From Chthonomonadales bacterium (GTDB taxonomy: Bacteria > Armatimonadota > Chthonomonadetes > Chthonomonadales > CAJBBX01): a DNA stretch of 64,000 nucleotides. A model generated the notes under the pieces. It made no database searches, was not told where the DNA came from, and saw only the letters and a list, made by a program, of their open reading frames with translations. Shown here one piece after another: positions 39,581 through 49,870 of the stretch; positions within the stretch are counted from its first letter, which is position 1, and every line of letters begins with the position of its first letter. The stretch lies in NCBI GenBank assembly GCA_037443035.1, contig JBBIPC010000001.1, positions 340,606-404,605 on the forward strand, given 5' to 3'. The position numbers were made by a program, and so were the translations under genes.

Positions 39581-42500
39581 TTGCTCTTCCCCAGGCTCGG
39601 CCGATTCCTCCACGCCCGCCGTTGCCTCGCCCTCCGGGCGAGGATTGATGGCCGGGAGGTTCGAGCGCAAGAGTGCCGCATTGAGCTTGGCCAGGCGGCC
39701 TCCCAGCAGCTCGGTGGCCGTCGCAATCAACCGGCGCGCCTTGCTCTTGGAAGCGGCCATTTCAGCGGCCAGTGCCCGGGACGGAAGCTCCGGCATGGAG
39801 TCGAGCGTGCTTGCGTACCGCGCAAGCGCTGAAGCAAGCGAAGTATCCGTCCGAACGGACATGGTCGTCACCTGCCCTGTGCCCGTAACCACTGGCGTCT
39901 CGGCTTGTGGCGATGGAGTGCCTGCGAAGTCAGACCGCAACGACCGCACTTCCTTCAGCAGCGCCTGCACCTTACTGACGGCCAGAGGCTCTGCCTTCAT
40001 CCCATCGCTTCGAGCTGCAGTATCTAGTGCCTGCTCCAGCACCGCAAGCTGCTGCCCTTTCTCCCGTGCCCGAGCTGCCATCTCAGACAGTTCGTTCGCC
40101 ATGGAGTAAAGCCGCTCGTATTGCCGAGTACTCAGATCCGCCCTGGGGTCTGCCATTACGCGCAGCTTCTGCACGCATTCGGCGTCCCCCATCCGGAGGC
40201 GCACGAGGTATTCGCCCGGTGGCACTCGCGGCCCCCGGCCAGAAGTCGAACCGGCTCCGCGCTGGGGCTGACGACGGGAAGACGACGGCCTATTGCCACT
40301 CCCAGCCGACGGTCCTGAGCCTGCCTGAACAGTAGATGCCAGTGTTGAACTGGCCGGCGGATCGGCCCTCAAGTCCCACGTCGTCGTGTTGTATCCGGCA
40401 TTGGCAAGAACGAGTCGCCGCGTAGACACAGTCTTGCCTCGCTTGGTCTCGACGGACAGAGTGAGGCGTTCGTCGAGCTTAGGTTCGCGCGGGAGCCAGT
40501 ATCGGATCTGGGCGCCCGTGAGACCACCACGCGTCAGGAACTGCCTGTTGCCTGTCAGGGAGCTCATACCGAACCCGCCCCGGTACTGTACGGCAGGTCT
40601 GGGCGGCAACAGCGCCATGGACGACGGACGTCCCGATGCCTCGGCTATAAGGATCGAAATGTTATCGAGGATGTACACTCCTCGCGCATGGGTTGCCACA
40701 ATCAGGTCCTTGTCGCGAGGATGCACGAGAACTTCGTCCACTCGTAGCGGCGGGAGCGGCATGCCGAAACGGCGCCAGTGCTCACCGCGATCTAGCGACA
40801 CGTACAGCCCCCGATCGGTCCCAGCGAAAAGAAGATTAGGCGTGTCGGGACAATCGCGTACGACGTTGACCGTGCTGCCGATGGGTATTCCGTCGGTGAT
40901 GCGACGCCACGTGGTACCGAAGTCCTCGCTTACGTAGATATACGGTGTGTAATCATCGGAACGATGGCCGTCGAAACTGGCGTAGACCCGACCTTCAGCG
41001 TGATACGATGCATGCACCCGCGAGACGTAGGTGCCCTTCGGCAAGCCGGGCACGTTAGCAGCGACGTTGCGCCACGTCCGTCCATCATCCCGCGAAACCT
41101 GCAGGTTCCCGTCGTCGGTTCCCGCATAGATGATGCCCTCCCTAACAGGGGACTCGGTCAGCGTGACAATCTGTCCATAGTCAGAGCTAATGTCCGGAAA
41201 GGGGTAACCCCGACCTCGCTTGACTCCCATCAACACGAACTCCGAAACGTTGGGAGATGTCGAGAGGTCCTCGGTCCTGCGCCACGTATCTCCGCGATCC
41301 GATGAGATGAAAAGCCGATTGCCGCCAAGGAGCACCTTCCGAGGATTGTGAGGCGACAACATGAAGGGGGTGCACCAATCCCAGCGATATCGCGGCTCGC
41401 CCGGTGGCGCCACTGGAGCGATGGACTTGCTGGCACCGGTAGACAGGTTGACGCGCCGCACTGCCCCGTTCTGGGATTCGCTATACACAGTGTTCGGATC
41501 CTCCCAGTCAATGGCGCAGATGAACCCATCGCCGCCCCCGATGTTGACCCAGTCAGCGTTAGTTGGACCAGCACCCGCAGGTCTGGAGCTAGGTCCATGC
41601 CATGATCCGTTATCCTGCAGGCCCCCGGCTAAGTTGTATGGCACCTGCATATCATAGGCGACGCCATAGAACTGAGCCAACGGCAATGTGTTTACGTGGT
41701 CCCAGGTTTGCCCCTTGTCGTGCGACCATTGTATGCCGCCATCGCATCCGACGAGCATGTGCCGAGAGTTCGCAGGGTCGATCCAGATGGCGTGAATGTC
41801 GGCATGCAACCGGGCGCCGCTCTCCGATCCGAACGTCTTGCCTCCATCGCGCGAGCGCATGAACGAGACTCCGGCTAGCCAGACGAACTGGTCGTCATTG
41901 GGATCCACTCGAATGAGGCTGAAGTACATGGGCCTGGGGTTCGTACTGCTCATCCGGGTCCAGCTATCCCCGCCATCTTCCGAACGGAAGACGCCACCAT
42001 CGCTGGCCTCCACGACGGCATACACGATCTTGGGGTTCTTGCGGTATACATCCAGGCCGATTCTCCCCTTGTGGCCATTCGGTAGGCCTCTTGTCAGCTT
42101 CTCCCAAGTTTCACCGCCGTCCTTGCTCCTGTAAATGCCGCTGCCGGGTCCGCCGCCAATGAAACCCCATGCTGCGCGGCGGCGCTGATACATGGCCGCG
42201 AAAACGATGGAAGGGTTCTGAGGGTCAAGAGCCACGTCGGTGCAGCCAGTGTCGGCATCCACCTGCAGCACCGCTTTCCACGTCTTGCCTCCGTCAACCG
42301 TTCGGAAGAGACCGCGCTCCTTGTTGGGCCCCCAGAGGTGACCGACAGCAGCAACGAAGACCACGTCGGGGTTGGTCGGATGGATCACGATCCGCGCGAT
42401 ATGAAGCGTATCGGAGAGACCCATATGCTGCCACGTAGCGCCCGCGTCAGTGCTCTTGTACACGCCGCAGCCCCAGGAGGAACTCTGCCGGTTGTTTGCC

Positions 42501-42862
42501 TCTCCGGTGCCCACCCACACTATCTCTGGCTTGCTCTGGCATACAGCCACTGCGCCAATGCTCTGGCAAGGCTGTTCGTCGAATACTGGTCGAAACGTTG
42601 TACCGTGGTTCGTCGTCTTCCAGAGACCGGCGGTCGCGGTGGCCACGTAGGCCGTCGCTGGATCATTCTCGACGACAGCCACGTCGTCAATGCGGCCGCC
42701 CATGACCGCCGGGCCGATACACCGCCACGAGAGTCCATCGAACAGCTCAGGACTGGTATCACTCCAAGCGGGCGGCACCGCCAGGGCTGTGCACGTTGCG
42801 GCGAGAACCGCAAGCACTGCCCTGCTGATGCGTTCCGCGCGAAAGATTCTGCATGAAGTCAT
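39557..42862 (-). CDS. Secreted VPS10/BNR (Asp-box) beta-propeller protein
   Basis: Signal peptide; WRCIGPAVMGGRI; many S.DGG.TW Asp-boxes; coiled-coil C-terminus. Start MTSCRIF after AAGGAG (42931 also possible). Confidence 0.88.
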   Translation of the reverse strand: MTSCRIFRAERISRAVLAVLAATCTALAVPPAWSDTSPELFDGLSWRCIGPAVMGGRIDDVAVVENDPATAYVATATAGLWKTTNHGTTFRPVFDEQPCQSIGAVAVCQSKPEIVWVGTGEANNRQSSSWGCGVYKSTDAGATWQHMGLSDTLHIARIVIHPTNPDVVFVAAVGHLWGPNKERGLFRTVDGGKTWKAVLQVDADTGCTDVALDPQNPSIVFAAMYQRRRAAWGFIGGGPGSGIYRSKDGGETWEKLTRGLPNGHKGRIGLDVYRKNPKIVYAVVEASDGGVFRSEDGGDSWTRMSSTNPRPMYFSLIRVDPNDDQFVWLAGVSFMRSRDGGKTFGSESGARLHADIHAIWIDPANSRHMLVGCDGGIQWSHDKGQTWDHVNTLPLAQFYGVAYDMQVPYNLAGGLQDNGSWHGPSSRPAGAGPTNADWVNIGGGDGFICAIDWEDPNTVYSESQNGAVRRVNLSTGASKSIAPVAPPGEPRYRWDWCTPFMLSPHNPRKVLLGGNRLFISSDRGDTWRRTEDLSTSPNVSEFVLMGVKRGRGYPFPDISSDYGQIVTLTESPVREGIIYAGTDDGNLQVSRDDGRTWRNVAANVPGLPKGTYVSRVHASYHAEGRVYASFDGHRSDDYTPYIYVSEDFGTTWRRITDGIPIGSTVNVVRDCPDTPNLLFAGTDRGLYVSLDRGEHWRRFGMPLPPLRVDEVLVHPRDKDLIVATHARGVYILDNISILIAEASGRPSSMALLPPRPAVQYRGGFGMSSLTGNRQFLTRGGLTGAQIRYWLPREPKLDERLTLSVETKRGKTVSTRRLVLANAGYNTTTWDLRADPPASSTLASTVQAGSGPSAGSGNRPSSSRRQPQRGAGSTSGRGPRVPPGEYLVRLRMGDAECVQKLRVMADPRADLSTRQYERLYSMANELSEMAARAREKGQQLAVLEQALDTAARSDGMKAEPLAVSKVQALLKEVRSLRSDFAGTPSPQAETPVVTGTGQVTTMSVRTDTSLASALARYASTLDSMPELPSRALAAEMAASKSKARRLIATATELLGGRLAKLNAALLRSNLPAINPRPEGEATAGVEESAEPGEEQETEGDRA

Positions 42863-42911
42863 GAACCACCCTAGCTCCTTCCATCCGAACATGTACATGC
42901 CACCACCGAAC

Positions 42912-42941
42912 TTGCACCGGCAGTATGGCACGAGGTATACT
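42912..42941 (+). promoter_or_regulatory. Promoter for tRNA-Lys
   Basis: TTGCAC-N18-TATACT. Confidence 0.65.
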
Positions 42942-42952
42942 CTATTCTGTCC

Positions 42953-43025
<73 letters not shown>

Positions 43026-43031
43026 TGTTTC

Positions 43032-43058
43032 AAGGGCTTCCTCACGGAAGCCCTTTGT
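43032..43058. terminator. Terminator between tRNA-Lys and the convergent redoxin gene
   Basis: AAGGGCTTC-ctcacg-GAAGCCCTT-TGT. Confidence 0.75.
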
Positions 43059-43104
43059 GCTACTATTCGGTGCTAGCGCGTCCGATTGCTTCGACGAGGC
43101 ACAC

Positions 43105-44196
43105 TTATCCCCCTGCCTTGGCCTTCTTGAACATTTCGAGCCTTTGCCGCATGAGATCTTTGTTGCGCTGAGGGATCTGCGGGTTAGCATCGCCGATGGG
43201 TATGGCCTTCTCCTGAAGCTCGATGGCCTTGTCTATCCTTCCGAGCTTGAAGTTGGCGTAAGCGAGGGCTGTCAGGATGATGGCATCTTGGTACTTCGTC
43301 AGCTCAGCCGAGCGAGACGCGAGGTCGTACGCGAGCTGGTAATCGGAGTTCTTCAGCTCCGGTGTCTCATCCAGCAGCATGCGAGCCATCAGCCATAGAA
43401 GCCCAGACTGATCCTTCAGTTCCCCGTTCAGCAGTTCTCGCCCGAACTTGAACGCCGCAGGAGGATCGCATTTGAGCAAGAGGTTGAACCGTATCAGCAC
43501 CATGCGCCTGCCATAGTCCGGTTCGACCCGTGCGATTCGGTCCAGCTCCTCGACCGCCTCCTTGTACCTGCCTTGCTGACTTAGTTCATTGAAGCGCTTC
43601 AGGAGGCGATATTCCTTCTCCTCTTCAGCTATCTGCGCAGCGCGGTCCTGAGCGTAGCGTCTGAAGTCGAACTTGCCCGCCAGGATCTGGTCCATGACCA
43701 CGTCCAGCATCATGGTATGACCGATCCACACGATCTTCCCGTTTCGACCTATGATGAAGGCGGTCGGAACCCCACGCTCGCCTGAGGCCTCTAACCACGC
43801 CTTGGCCACTTTGCCGGACGGACCGTCCACACCGACAGGATAGGGCATTCTCTGGCCCATCTGCCGCACGAATGCCTGGACAGCCTTGTAATAAGAGGTG
43901 TCCGACGGTCCGCTTGACTTCTCGTAGACGCTGATGGCTTCGATGGTCACCACATTCTTGTGCTTCTGGAGGACCCGTTCGAGCGCTGGGAACGCTTCTT
44001 TGCATGGCTGTGACCACGAACTGAAGAAGGCGACGATGCGAACCTTGCCATTTGGGACAGGCACAGGGGGTTTGCGGATCCAGAAGGCAACTTCGACTCG
44101 CGGTGGCTTGTGACCAAGATCGAGAGTCGGCGCCGCCATCGCCACCATGTGTGCAAGAGCAAGTAGGCTCAGACCAACATGCCAGAACCGTCGCAT
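43105..44196 (-). CDS. Exported TlpA-like redoxin with TPR repeats (SxxC active site)
   Basis: Signal peptide MRRFWHVGLSLLALAHMVAMA; FFSSWSQPC; GVPTAFIIGRNGKIVWIGH; C-terminal TPR (ALAYANFKLGRIDKAIELQEKA). Confidence 0.82.
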   Translation of the reverse strand: MRRFWHVGLSLLALAHMVAMAAPTLDLGHKPPRVEVAFWIRKPPVPVPNGKVRIVAFFSSWSQPCKEAFPALERVLQKHKNVVTIEAISVYEKSSGPSDTSYYKAVQAFVRQMGQRMPYPVGVDGPSGKVAKAWLEASGERGVPTAFIIGRNGKIVWIGHTMMLDVVMDQILAGKFDFRRYAQDRAAQIAEEEKEYRLLKRFNELSQQGRYKEAVEELDRIARVEPDYGRRMVLIRFNLLLKCDPPAAFKFGRELLNGELKDQSGLLWLMARMLLDETPELKNSDYQLAYDLASRSAELTKYQDAIILTALAYANFKLGRIDKAIELQEKAIPIGDANPQIPQRNKDLMRQRLEMFKKAKAGG

Positions 44197-44295
44197 ATTT
44201 CCCTGCTCCCCATCGGAGCCGCTGACACCGCGCCCTCGGACTTGGCCGAGCACAAGACAGAGGGCGATGCCAGTCGGCCTGCCAAGTAGAACCAC

Positions 44296-44318
44296 AGGCC
44301 GCAGCTAAGCTGCGGCCT
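44296..44318. terminator. Hairpin downstream of the tRNA-Glu/Leu pair
   Basis: AGGCCGCAGC-taa-GCTGCGGCCT, with a weak U-tract (GTGGTTCTACTT) on the minus strand. Confidence 0.6.
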
Positions 44319-44334
44319 GCCACGCTAGCACCAA

Positions 44335-44416
44335 TGCCGAGGACGGGACTCGAACCCGTATGCCTTGCGGCACACGCCCCTCAAACGTGCGCGTCTGCCA
44401 GTTCCGCCACCTCGGC
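44335..44416 (-). tRNA. tRNA-Leu(GAG)
   Basis: GCCGAGG/CCTCGGC acceptor, CACGT-TTGAGGG-GCGTG anticodon arm, long variable arm TGCCGCAAGGCA, GTTCGAGT. Confidence 0.95.
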
Positions 44417-44419
44417 ATC

Positions 44420-44491
44420 TAGCGCCACGGAGAATCGAACTCCGGTTTACGGGCTGAAAACCCGTCGTCCTGACCTCTAGACGATGGCGCC
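44420..44491 (-). tRNA. tRNA-Glu(TTC)
   Basis: GGCGCCA/TGGCGCT acceptor, ACGGG-TTTTCAG-CCCGT anticodon arm, GTTCGATT. 3 nt upstream of tRNA-Leu. Confidence 0.94.
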
Positions 44492-44502
44492 GTACGGGTG
44501 GG

Positions 44503-44532
44503 ATTATAGCCCTCGTCGCCGACGCCTGTCAA
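44503..44532 (-). promoter_or_regulatory. Promoter of the tRNA-Glu/Leu operon
   Basis: TTGACA-N18-TATAAT. Confidence 0.8.
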
Positions 44533-44537
44533 GGACG

Positions 44538-45830
44538 TTACTTCACTCGTCTCCCGCCTCGGAAACGCTCGGCGTAGTAGCCGCTGGTCAGTGTGTCAAC
44601 TCGCACACGTCCCTTGGCCGATGAGGCATGGACGAACTTACCTCCACCAATGTAGATGCCCACATGGGAGATCCCGCGCCGGGTAGTGTTGAAGAAGACG
44701 AGATCACCTTCCTTGAGCGAACCTTTCGCGACCGGCTTGCCGCATCGAAACTGCGCTGCGGCGTTGTGCGGAAGATTCACCCCCTTCGTCCGGTAGACAT
44801 AGCTGGTGAAGCCGGAGCAATCGAACCCACCGCGGGCCGCTCCTCCATAACGATAGCGTGTACCACGATAGGCGAACGCTGTTCGGACCACGCTGCTCTT
44901 GCGACTCGACGCACCAGGTTGGCTCTTGGCCGTTCGTTGGGTACGTCTGGAAGCTGTCACCCTCTGATTTCGGCTCCGCGATCGTTCCACAGTAGCGACC
45001 CGATGCGTGGACTTCTCGCTCCTTGCCATTCGTGGTTCAGGCATGGCGCGCGGGGTAACGCCGGAGACCGAACGTGTGGAGACGTACCGCGCCATCACCC
45101 ACCCGACGCGCCCGGATGGTAGACGAACCTTGCACCAGTCTCCGGATCGGGCGAGTAGCCTTACCTGAGCGCCATCGTCGAGGAGAGTGAGGCGTCGCCT
45201 GTCGGTACTAGCGCCCTCACGGACCGAGACGCGGTCGCCACGAATGACTCTCGGCCCTGGGTGAAACGCAATACCTCCGGCTGTGCGTTTGGACGCCAAT
45301 GCTCTGCTTGTCCCGGTACGGTTACCCTCACGCTTGCCTGAACCCGTCCCGTGGCTGGTTATCTTGGAGACTGTCGCGCTGCGCTGGAGAGAAAGGAAGT
45401 CCTCTCGAATCCACGCATTCGGCACTCCATCGCACGTCACCTGATACCAGTTGTCCTTCTTCGCCGTGACACGCAATGGCGAACCGTGGTCGAGCAAGGT
45501 GACCCGCCAGTAGTCTGTTCCTGGTCCTCTTCGCAAGGCGACGCGGTCACCGCGTACGTTGGCGGAAATGGACATCGTATGCGGCGCTCGAACAAGAGGC
45601 GGTGAATCGGGGATGATCAACACCTGTCCGTCCCTCAGAAGCGCCTCTGGCTCGATCTTGTTTGCTCGCGCGATGAGCACCTTGGGAACGTCGTACTTCC
45701 GAGCCAGTCCGTCTAGCGTCGTCTTCGGACCAACGATCGCCTTGCGCGTTGCACCCGCACGCACGGCACAGATTGTGATGATGAGAGCCGCGACGCTAAT
45801 CCGCGCCCAGCGAAGTAGGTGGGTGTCCAT
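44538..45830 (-). CDS. LysM + 2x SH3b + NlpC/P60 cell-wall endopeptidase
   Basis: Signal peptide; TLDGLARKYDV (LysM); two LR.GP/VREGA..W SH3b; GFDCSGFT, GDLVFF, HVGIYIG, FVHAS. Confidence 0.92.
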   Translation of the reverse strand: MDTHLLRWARISVAALIITICAVRAGATRKAIVGPKTTLDGLARKYDVPKVLIARANKIEPEALLRDGQVLIIPDSPPLVRAPHTMSISANVRGDRVALRRGPGTDYWRVTLLDHGSPLRVTAKKDNWYQVTCDGVPNAWIREDFLSLQRSATVSKITSHGTGSGKREGNRTGTSRALASKRTAGGIAFHPGPRVIRGDRVSVREGASTDRRRLTLLDDGAQVRLLARSGDWCKVRLPSGRVGWVMARYVSTRSVSGVTPRAMPEPRMARSEKSTHRVATVERSRSRNQRVTASRRTQRTAKSQPGASSRKSSVVRTAFAYRGTRYRYGGAARGGFDCSGFTSYVYRTKGVNLPHNAAAQFRCGKPVAKGSLKEGDLVFFNTTRRGISHVGIYIGGGKFVHASSAKGRVRVDTLTSGYYAERFRGGRRVK

Positions 45831-45937
45831 ACACATCCCCTTTCTTCCGTGGCGTTGCGTCGGCACATTCATTCGCGAGTCTTGTGCCTGCGCATTCTCC
45901 AGCCGGTCCGATGGAAAGACCAGCGATTATGGCGAGT

Positions 45938-47311
45938 TTAGCCCATTCGTCTTGGAGGAGTCAACCCCAGGGCGTCTGTCAAGGACCGAGGGCGAGGCTC
46001 GACAACGGTGATCCGCCGGCCCGAGGTTACCTGTAGTTCCTCGACCGACATGTCGTCGAGGAACCGGTCCCTGCCTGCCCCGAGGCAAATACACGGCAAG
46101 AAGACTGGTTCCGACCCACCATGGAGCCGCAGCGCCGCGGCGATGTCCTGACCCGTCAGCAGCCCTGTAGCGCTTATTGTTCCACCGAACCAAGTGTTAC
46201 GGACTGCCAACACCTGCACCTGGACGCCGACGATACGGTTCAGTGCAGTCGCGAGCCTCCCCACGACGTCACTGGCCAGCTCGCCGGTTATCAGCACTGC
46301 CCGACAAGGGTTCTTCACCCGGTCGGGGAGCAGTCGCCGGGTCCAGCTCAGCTCGTCGAGAAAGAGGCGTGTCGTCCCGACCCCGTCCTCGAGCTGGGGG
46401 AAGCCTTCGTAATGCACTCTCGACGGTATGCGGTGTCCCGCAAGGAAGTACCACTCATCGGAAAGCCAAACGAACCTCGTACCCAGTGCCGAATGCCAGA
46501 GTCGGGCCTGGTTCCGTCCCCAGGTAATCATGCGCCGTGCCATAGGACGATCAGGAGCCTCGAGATTGGGTAGGCGGTCTCGGTAGCGCGTGAGCCCGAC
46601 AGGCACGATTGCCACCGAAAGAACACCGTGCCGCTTCCCGCTGGACGCCGGATGCAAACGCGCGAGGTCCGATACTGTCTGATCGAGCACCGAACCGTCG
46701 TTCATTCGAGGACACAAGACTACCTGGGCGTGTGTGTCCACGCCAACGTCCCTGAGCCACTCGAGACGATCCAGGATGTCAACCGGGTCCTTCCGACCTA
46801 GCATCCACCCGCGCACGTGCGGATCTGTTGCATGCACCGATACGTACAGTGGTGAGAGCCGTTGCTCGGCGATTCGCTGCAACTCCTGCCCGCTCAGGTT
46901 GGTCAGCGTTATGTAGTTACCGTGTGCGAACGACAGCCGGAAGTCATCATCGCGCAGATAGAGCGAACGGCGCATCCCCCTGGGCATTTGATGGATGAAG
47001 CAGAAAACGCAGCGGTTGTTGCATATATGAACGCCATCGGCAAGCAGATCGGCGAACTCCAGCCCCGCAGATTCCCCAGAGGTCGTATCCAGCATCACAT
47101 CGAACTGCGCGCCGCCTCGTTCCACCGTAAGAGACGATACCTGGTCGGCCGTCCGAAACACAAAGTCGTAGGCGTCGGGGCAAGTCGCTCCGTTGACTGC
47201 TCGTATGACATCAGCCGGGAGAAGACCGCAACGGTCCGCTGGGCTACCGGGTGCTACGGAGCGGATTCTCAGCCCAGCCAAGCGTTCTCGAGAGGCGGCA
47301 GAACCGCTCAC
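45938..47311 (-). CDS. PDZ + DUF512 putative Fe-S (radical-SAM-like) protein
   Basis: VAPGSPA PDZ, CNNRCVFCFI.QMP, RDDDFRLSF.HGNYITLTN, PQLEDGVG. Confidence 0.88.
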   Translation of the reverse strand: MSGSAASRERLAGLRIRSVAPGSPADRCGLLPADVIRAVNGATCPDAYDFVFRTADQVSSLTVERGGAQFDVMLDTTSGESAGLEFADLLADGVHICNNRCVFCFIHQMPRGMRRSLYLRDDDFRLSFAHGNYITLTNLSGQELQRIAEQRLSPLYVSVHATDPHVRGWMLGRKDPVDILDRLEWLRDVGVDTHAQVVLCPRMNDGSVLDQTVSDLARLHPASSGKRHGVLSVAIVPVGLTRYRDRLPNLEAPDRPMARRMITWGRNQARLWHSALGTRFVWLSDEWYFLAGHRIPSRVHYEGFPQLEDGVGTTRLFLDELSWTRRLLPDRVKNPCRAVLITGELASDVVGRLATALNRIVGVQVQVLAVRNTWFGGTISATGLLTGQDIAAALRLHGGSEPVFLPCICLGAGRDRFLDDMSVEELQVTSGRRITVVEPRPRSLTDALGLTPPRRMG

Positions 47312-48906
47312 TCCGCGCTTCCTGGCTCCGACGCTTGCTTACGGAGCAGGCCATACCGCACGCTGTCCACCAGTGCATTCCAACTTGCTTCTATCATGTT
47401 GGTGGAGACGCCCACCGTGGACCACGTGTCATCGCCGCATTGGGACTCCACGGTGGTACGAACACGTGCGGCTGTACCTTCGCGCACATTCACAACGCGA
47501 ACTTTGAAGTCCGTCAGCCGGATATCGCCGAGCTCCGGATAGTACCGGTGCAGCGCTTTTCGTAGCGCCACGTCCAGTGCGTGAACGGGACCGTCACCTT
47601 CGGCAACCGTGAGACGCTCTTCGCCATTGACGCGAAGCTTCACGGTTGCCTCGGTCACCGGCTCGCCGGGTCCGCGCTTCTCCACGATCACCCGGAATGC
47701 CAGTATCTCGAATAGAGACCGCAGCATGCCAGTGGTTTCCATCAGCAGCAACTCGAACGAGGCTTCTGCGCCTTCGAAGGAGTATCCCTCCTGCTCCATC
47801 TCGGCCACTCTGCGCAAGATGTGCCGCACCTCGGGCGATTTCTTCGTGAGGTCCATGGCGCGTAGCATTGCCTTACTGGCGACCGTAGCACCTCCTGCTA
47901 GCTCGGACACGAGAATGCGTCGGGAGTTGCCAACGAGTTTGGGGTCCACGTGTTCGTAGGTCGCCCGGTGCTTGGTCATGGCATCCACGTGCATCCCAGC
48001 TTTGTGAGCGAAAGCCGATCGGCCTACGAAAGGTTGACGGTGGTCATGAGGCACATTCGCCACCTCGTCAATGAACTGAGAGACTGTGGTCAGGTGCGCC
48101 AGCGCTCCATCGGCCAAGGCGTTACACCCGAGCTTCAGGACCAGGTCTGGGATGACCACACAAAGATTCGCATTGCCGCACCGTTCGCCGTACCCGTTGA
48201 AGGTACCCTGTACATGGTCGGCACCGGCCAACACCGCCATGATCGTGTTCGCCACACCGCATCCGGAGTCATCGTGAGCGTGAATCCCAAGCATGCCCCT
48301 GACGACCTTACGCGCCGCGGCAGTAGCTTCGTGGATCTCATGAGGCAAGCTTCCGCCGTTGGTGTCACATAGCACGATTGCCTTCGCCCCAGCATCCTCT
48401 GCCGCACGCAAGCACTCTAGAGCGTAACGTGGATTGTGCTTGTATCCGTCGAAGAAATGCTCCGCATCGAAGATGACCTCAGAGACATGCTCAGCCAGGA
48501 ACTCCACGCTGTCCCGAATCATAGCGAGGTTCTCTGCCAAGCTTGTCTTCAGGCCATGCGTGACGTGGAAGTCCCAGCTCTTACCGAAGATGGTGACGGT
48601 GGCAGCACCAACGTTGGCAATGGTTCTGAGCAACACATCGTCTTCCGCCCGCAGATGCGGCCTCCGCGTCGCGCCGAATGAAGCCAACCGAGCATGAGCG
48701 AGTGGTTGGCGCCGCAGCACGTCGAAGAACTCGACATCCTTGGGATTCGATCCAGGCCATCCGCCTTCTATGTAGTCCACACCGAGCTCATCGAGGCGTC
48801 GGGCGATACGCACCTTGTCCGCGACCGAGAAGCTGATCCCCTCGCCCTGCGCACCATCGCGAAGAGTCGTGTCGTAGATCACGATCCGTCGTGGTGGAGT
48901 GTTCAC
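47308..48906 (-). CDS. cimA: Citramalate synthase
   Basis: YDTTLRDGAQGEG, GWPGSNPKD, FDAEHFFDG, GYGERCGNAN, AHKAGMH, GDGPVHALD. Confidence 0.93.
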   Translation of the reverse strand: MNTPPRRIVIYDTTLRDGAQGEGISFSVADKVRIARRLDELGVDYIEGGWPGSNPKDVEFFDVLRRQPLAHARLASFGATRRPHLRAEDDVLLRTIANVGAATVTIFGKSWDFHVTHGLKTSLAENLAMIRDSVEFLAEHVSEVIFDAEHFFDGYKHNPRYALECLRAAEDAGAKAIVLCDTNGGSLPHEIHEATAAARKVVRGMLGIHAHDDSGCGVANTIMAVLAGADHVQGTFNGYGERCGNANLCVVIPDLVLKLGCNALADGALAHLTTVSQFIDEVANVPHDHRQPFVGRSAFAHKAGMHVDAMTKHRATYEHVDPKLVGNSRRILVSELAGGATVASKAMLRAMDLTKKSPEVRHILRRVAEMEQEGYSFEGAEASFELLLMETTGMLRSLFEILAFRVIVEKRGPGEPVTEATVKLRVNGEERLTVAEGDGPVHALDVALRKALHRYYPELGDIRLTDFKVRVVNVREGTAARVRTTVESQCGDDTWSTVGVSTNMIEASWNALVDSVRYGLLRKQASEPGSAE

Positions 48907-49241
48907 AATGCTGCCTCGCCCCGTTCGCCAGTACGGATTCGCACGGCCTCTTCGACGGTGGATACGAACACCTTCCCATCTCCCGTCTCGCCTGTCCGCG
49001 CCGCGTCCAGTATCACCTCCACCACTTCATCAGCACGGTCATCGGGTACTACGAACTCCAGCTTCACCTTCGGCAGCAGGTTGACGACATAAGTGTTGCC
49101 GCGGTATTTCTCCGTCCGACCCCGTTGCCGCCCATAGCCTCGGACATCGGTCACCGTCATTCCCGTAACCCCAATAGCGGAAAGAGCCTCTTTCACATCG
49201 TCTATCTTGATTGGTCTAATGACACATTCGATCTTCTTCAC
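48903..49241 (-). CDS. glnB: P-II nitrogen regulatory protein
   Basis: GYGRQRG..YRG..Y T-loop, RTGETGDGKVF, RIRTGERG. Confidence 0.95.
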   Translation of the reverse strand: MKKIECVIRPIKIDDVKEALSAIGVTGMTVTDVRGYGRQRGRTEKYRGNTYVVNLLPKVKLEFVVPDDRADEVVEVILDAARTGETGDGKVFVSTVEEAVRIRTGERGEAAL

Positions 49242-49810
49242 TCTTGCCCATCCCCTGACTCGTTTGTCCGTTCCGACCCTGCGACAGGATCATGGTAATC
49301 GTATCGCATCAACTGCAGGAAGGGCCGGAATCCGATGGACTCCCAGAACGCGAGCGATACATCATTGTTCACAGCGGCCAGGAGCTCGACCTGGGTCGCT
49401 CCAAGCGATAGGAGCCACAAGAGAGCTCGACGCGCCAGCGAACGCCCTATCCCCAGCCGCCGGTACCTTCCGAGTACGAACAGCTCACTGATGAAGCCAT
49501 ACTTGCCTGCAGGATACGTACGCGGTCGCTCTACCAGCTCTGCAGTCGCGTAACCTACGACGCGTCCTCCAATAACAGCGACAAGCACCGCGCAACGGCT
49601 GTTCTTCATCATCGCTTTGAGTTGCTCTGTGTAAGCTGCCGCGGCGTCACCACCCAGACGGAAGCGTGGGTCCATGCTCGCGTGCATGTCCATGAGCTCT
49701 TGCCACAGATGAAGGATCGCGGTGGAATCCTCCCTCTGTGCAGGGCGGATTACTGCCGGACAGCGCTGGCGCCCGACCCGCGCGCAGTCACCAGCGGAAT
49801 CTTCGGCCAC
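49238..49810 (-). CDS. GNAT family acetyltransferase
   Basis: IRPA, ISELFV..YRRLGIGRSL, N..SLAFWESIGF. Confidence 0.88.
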   Translation of the reverse strand: MAEDSAGDCARVGRQRCPAVIRPAQREDSTAILHLWQELMDMHASMDPRFRLGGDAAAAYTEQLKAMMKNSRCAVLVAVIGGRVVGYATAELVERPRTYPAGKYGFISELFVLGRYRRLGIGRSLARRALLWLLSLGATQVELLAAVNNDVSLAFWESIGFRPFLQLMRYDYHDPVAGSERTNESGDGQE

Positions 49811-49870
49811 TGCGGCACCTCCTATACATGCGTCAGGAGGCTAACGGCGAGCCAGCCCCGCAGGCCCCAA

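Noticed and set aside
40700..42600. Recurring sequence units in the VPS10 gene as a possible repeat array or CRISPR
   Set aside because: They are degenerate protein-level Asp-box repeats, not identical DNA repeats with spacers.
45835..45935. Possible c-di-AMP (ydaO) riboswitch upstream of the NlpC/P60 gene
   Set aside because: No GCTGAA..GGGGA..GTCAGC type motifs seen.
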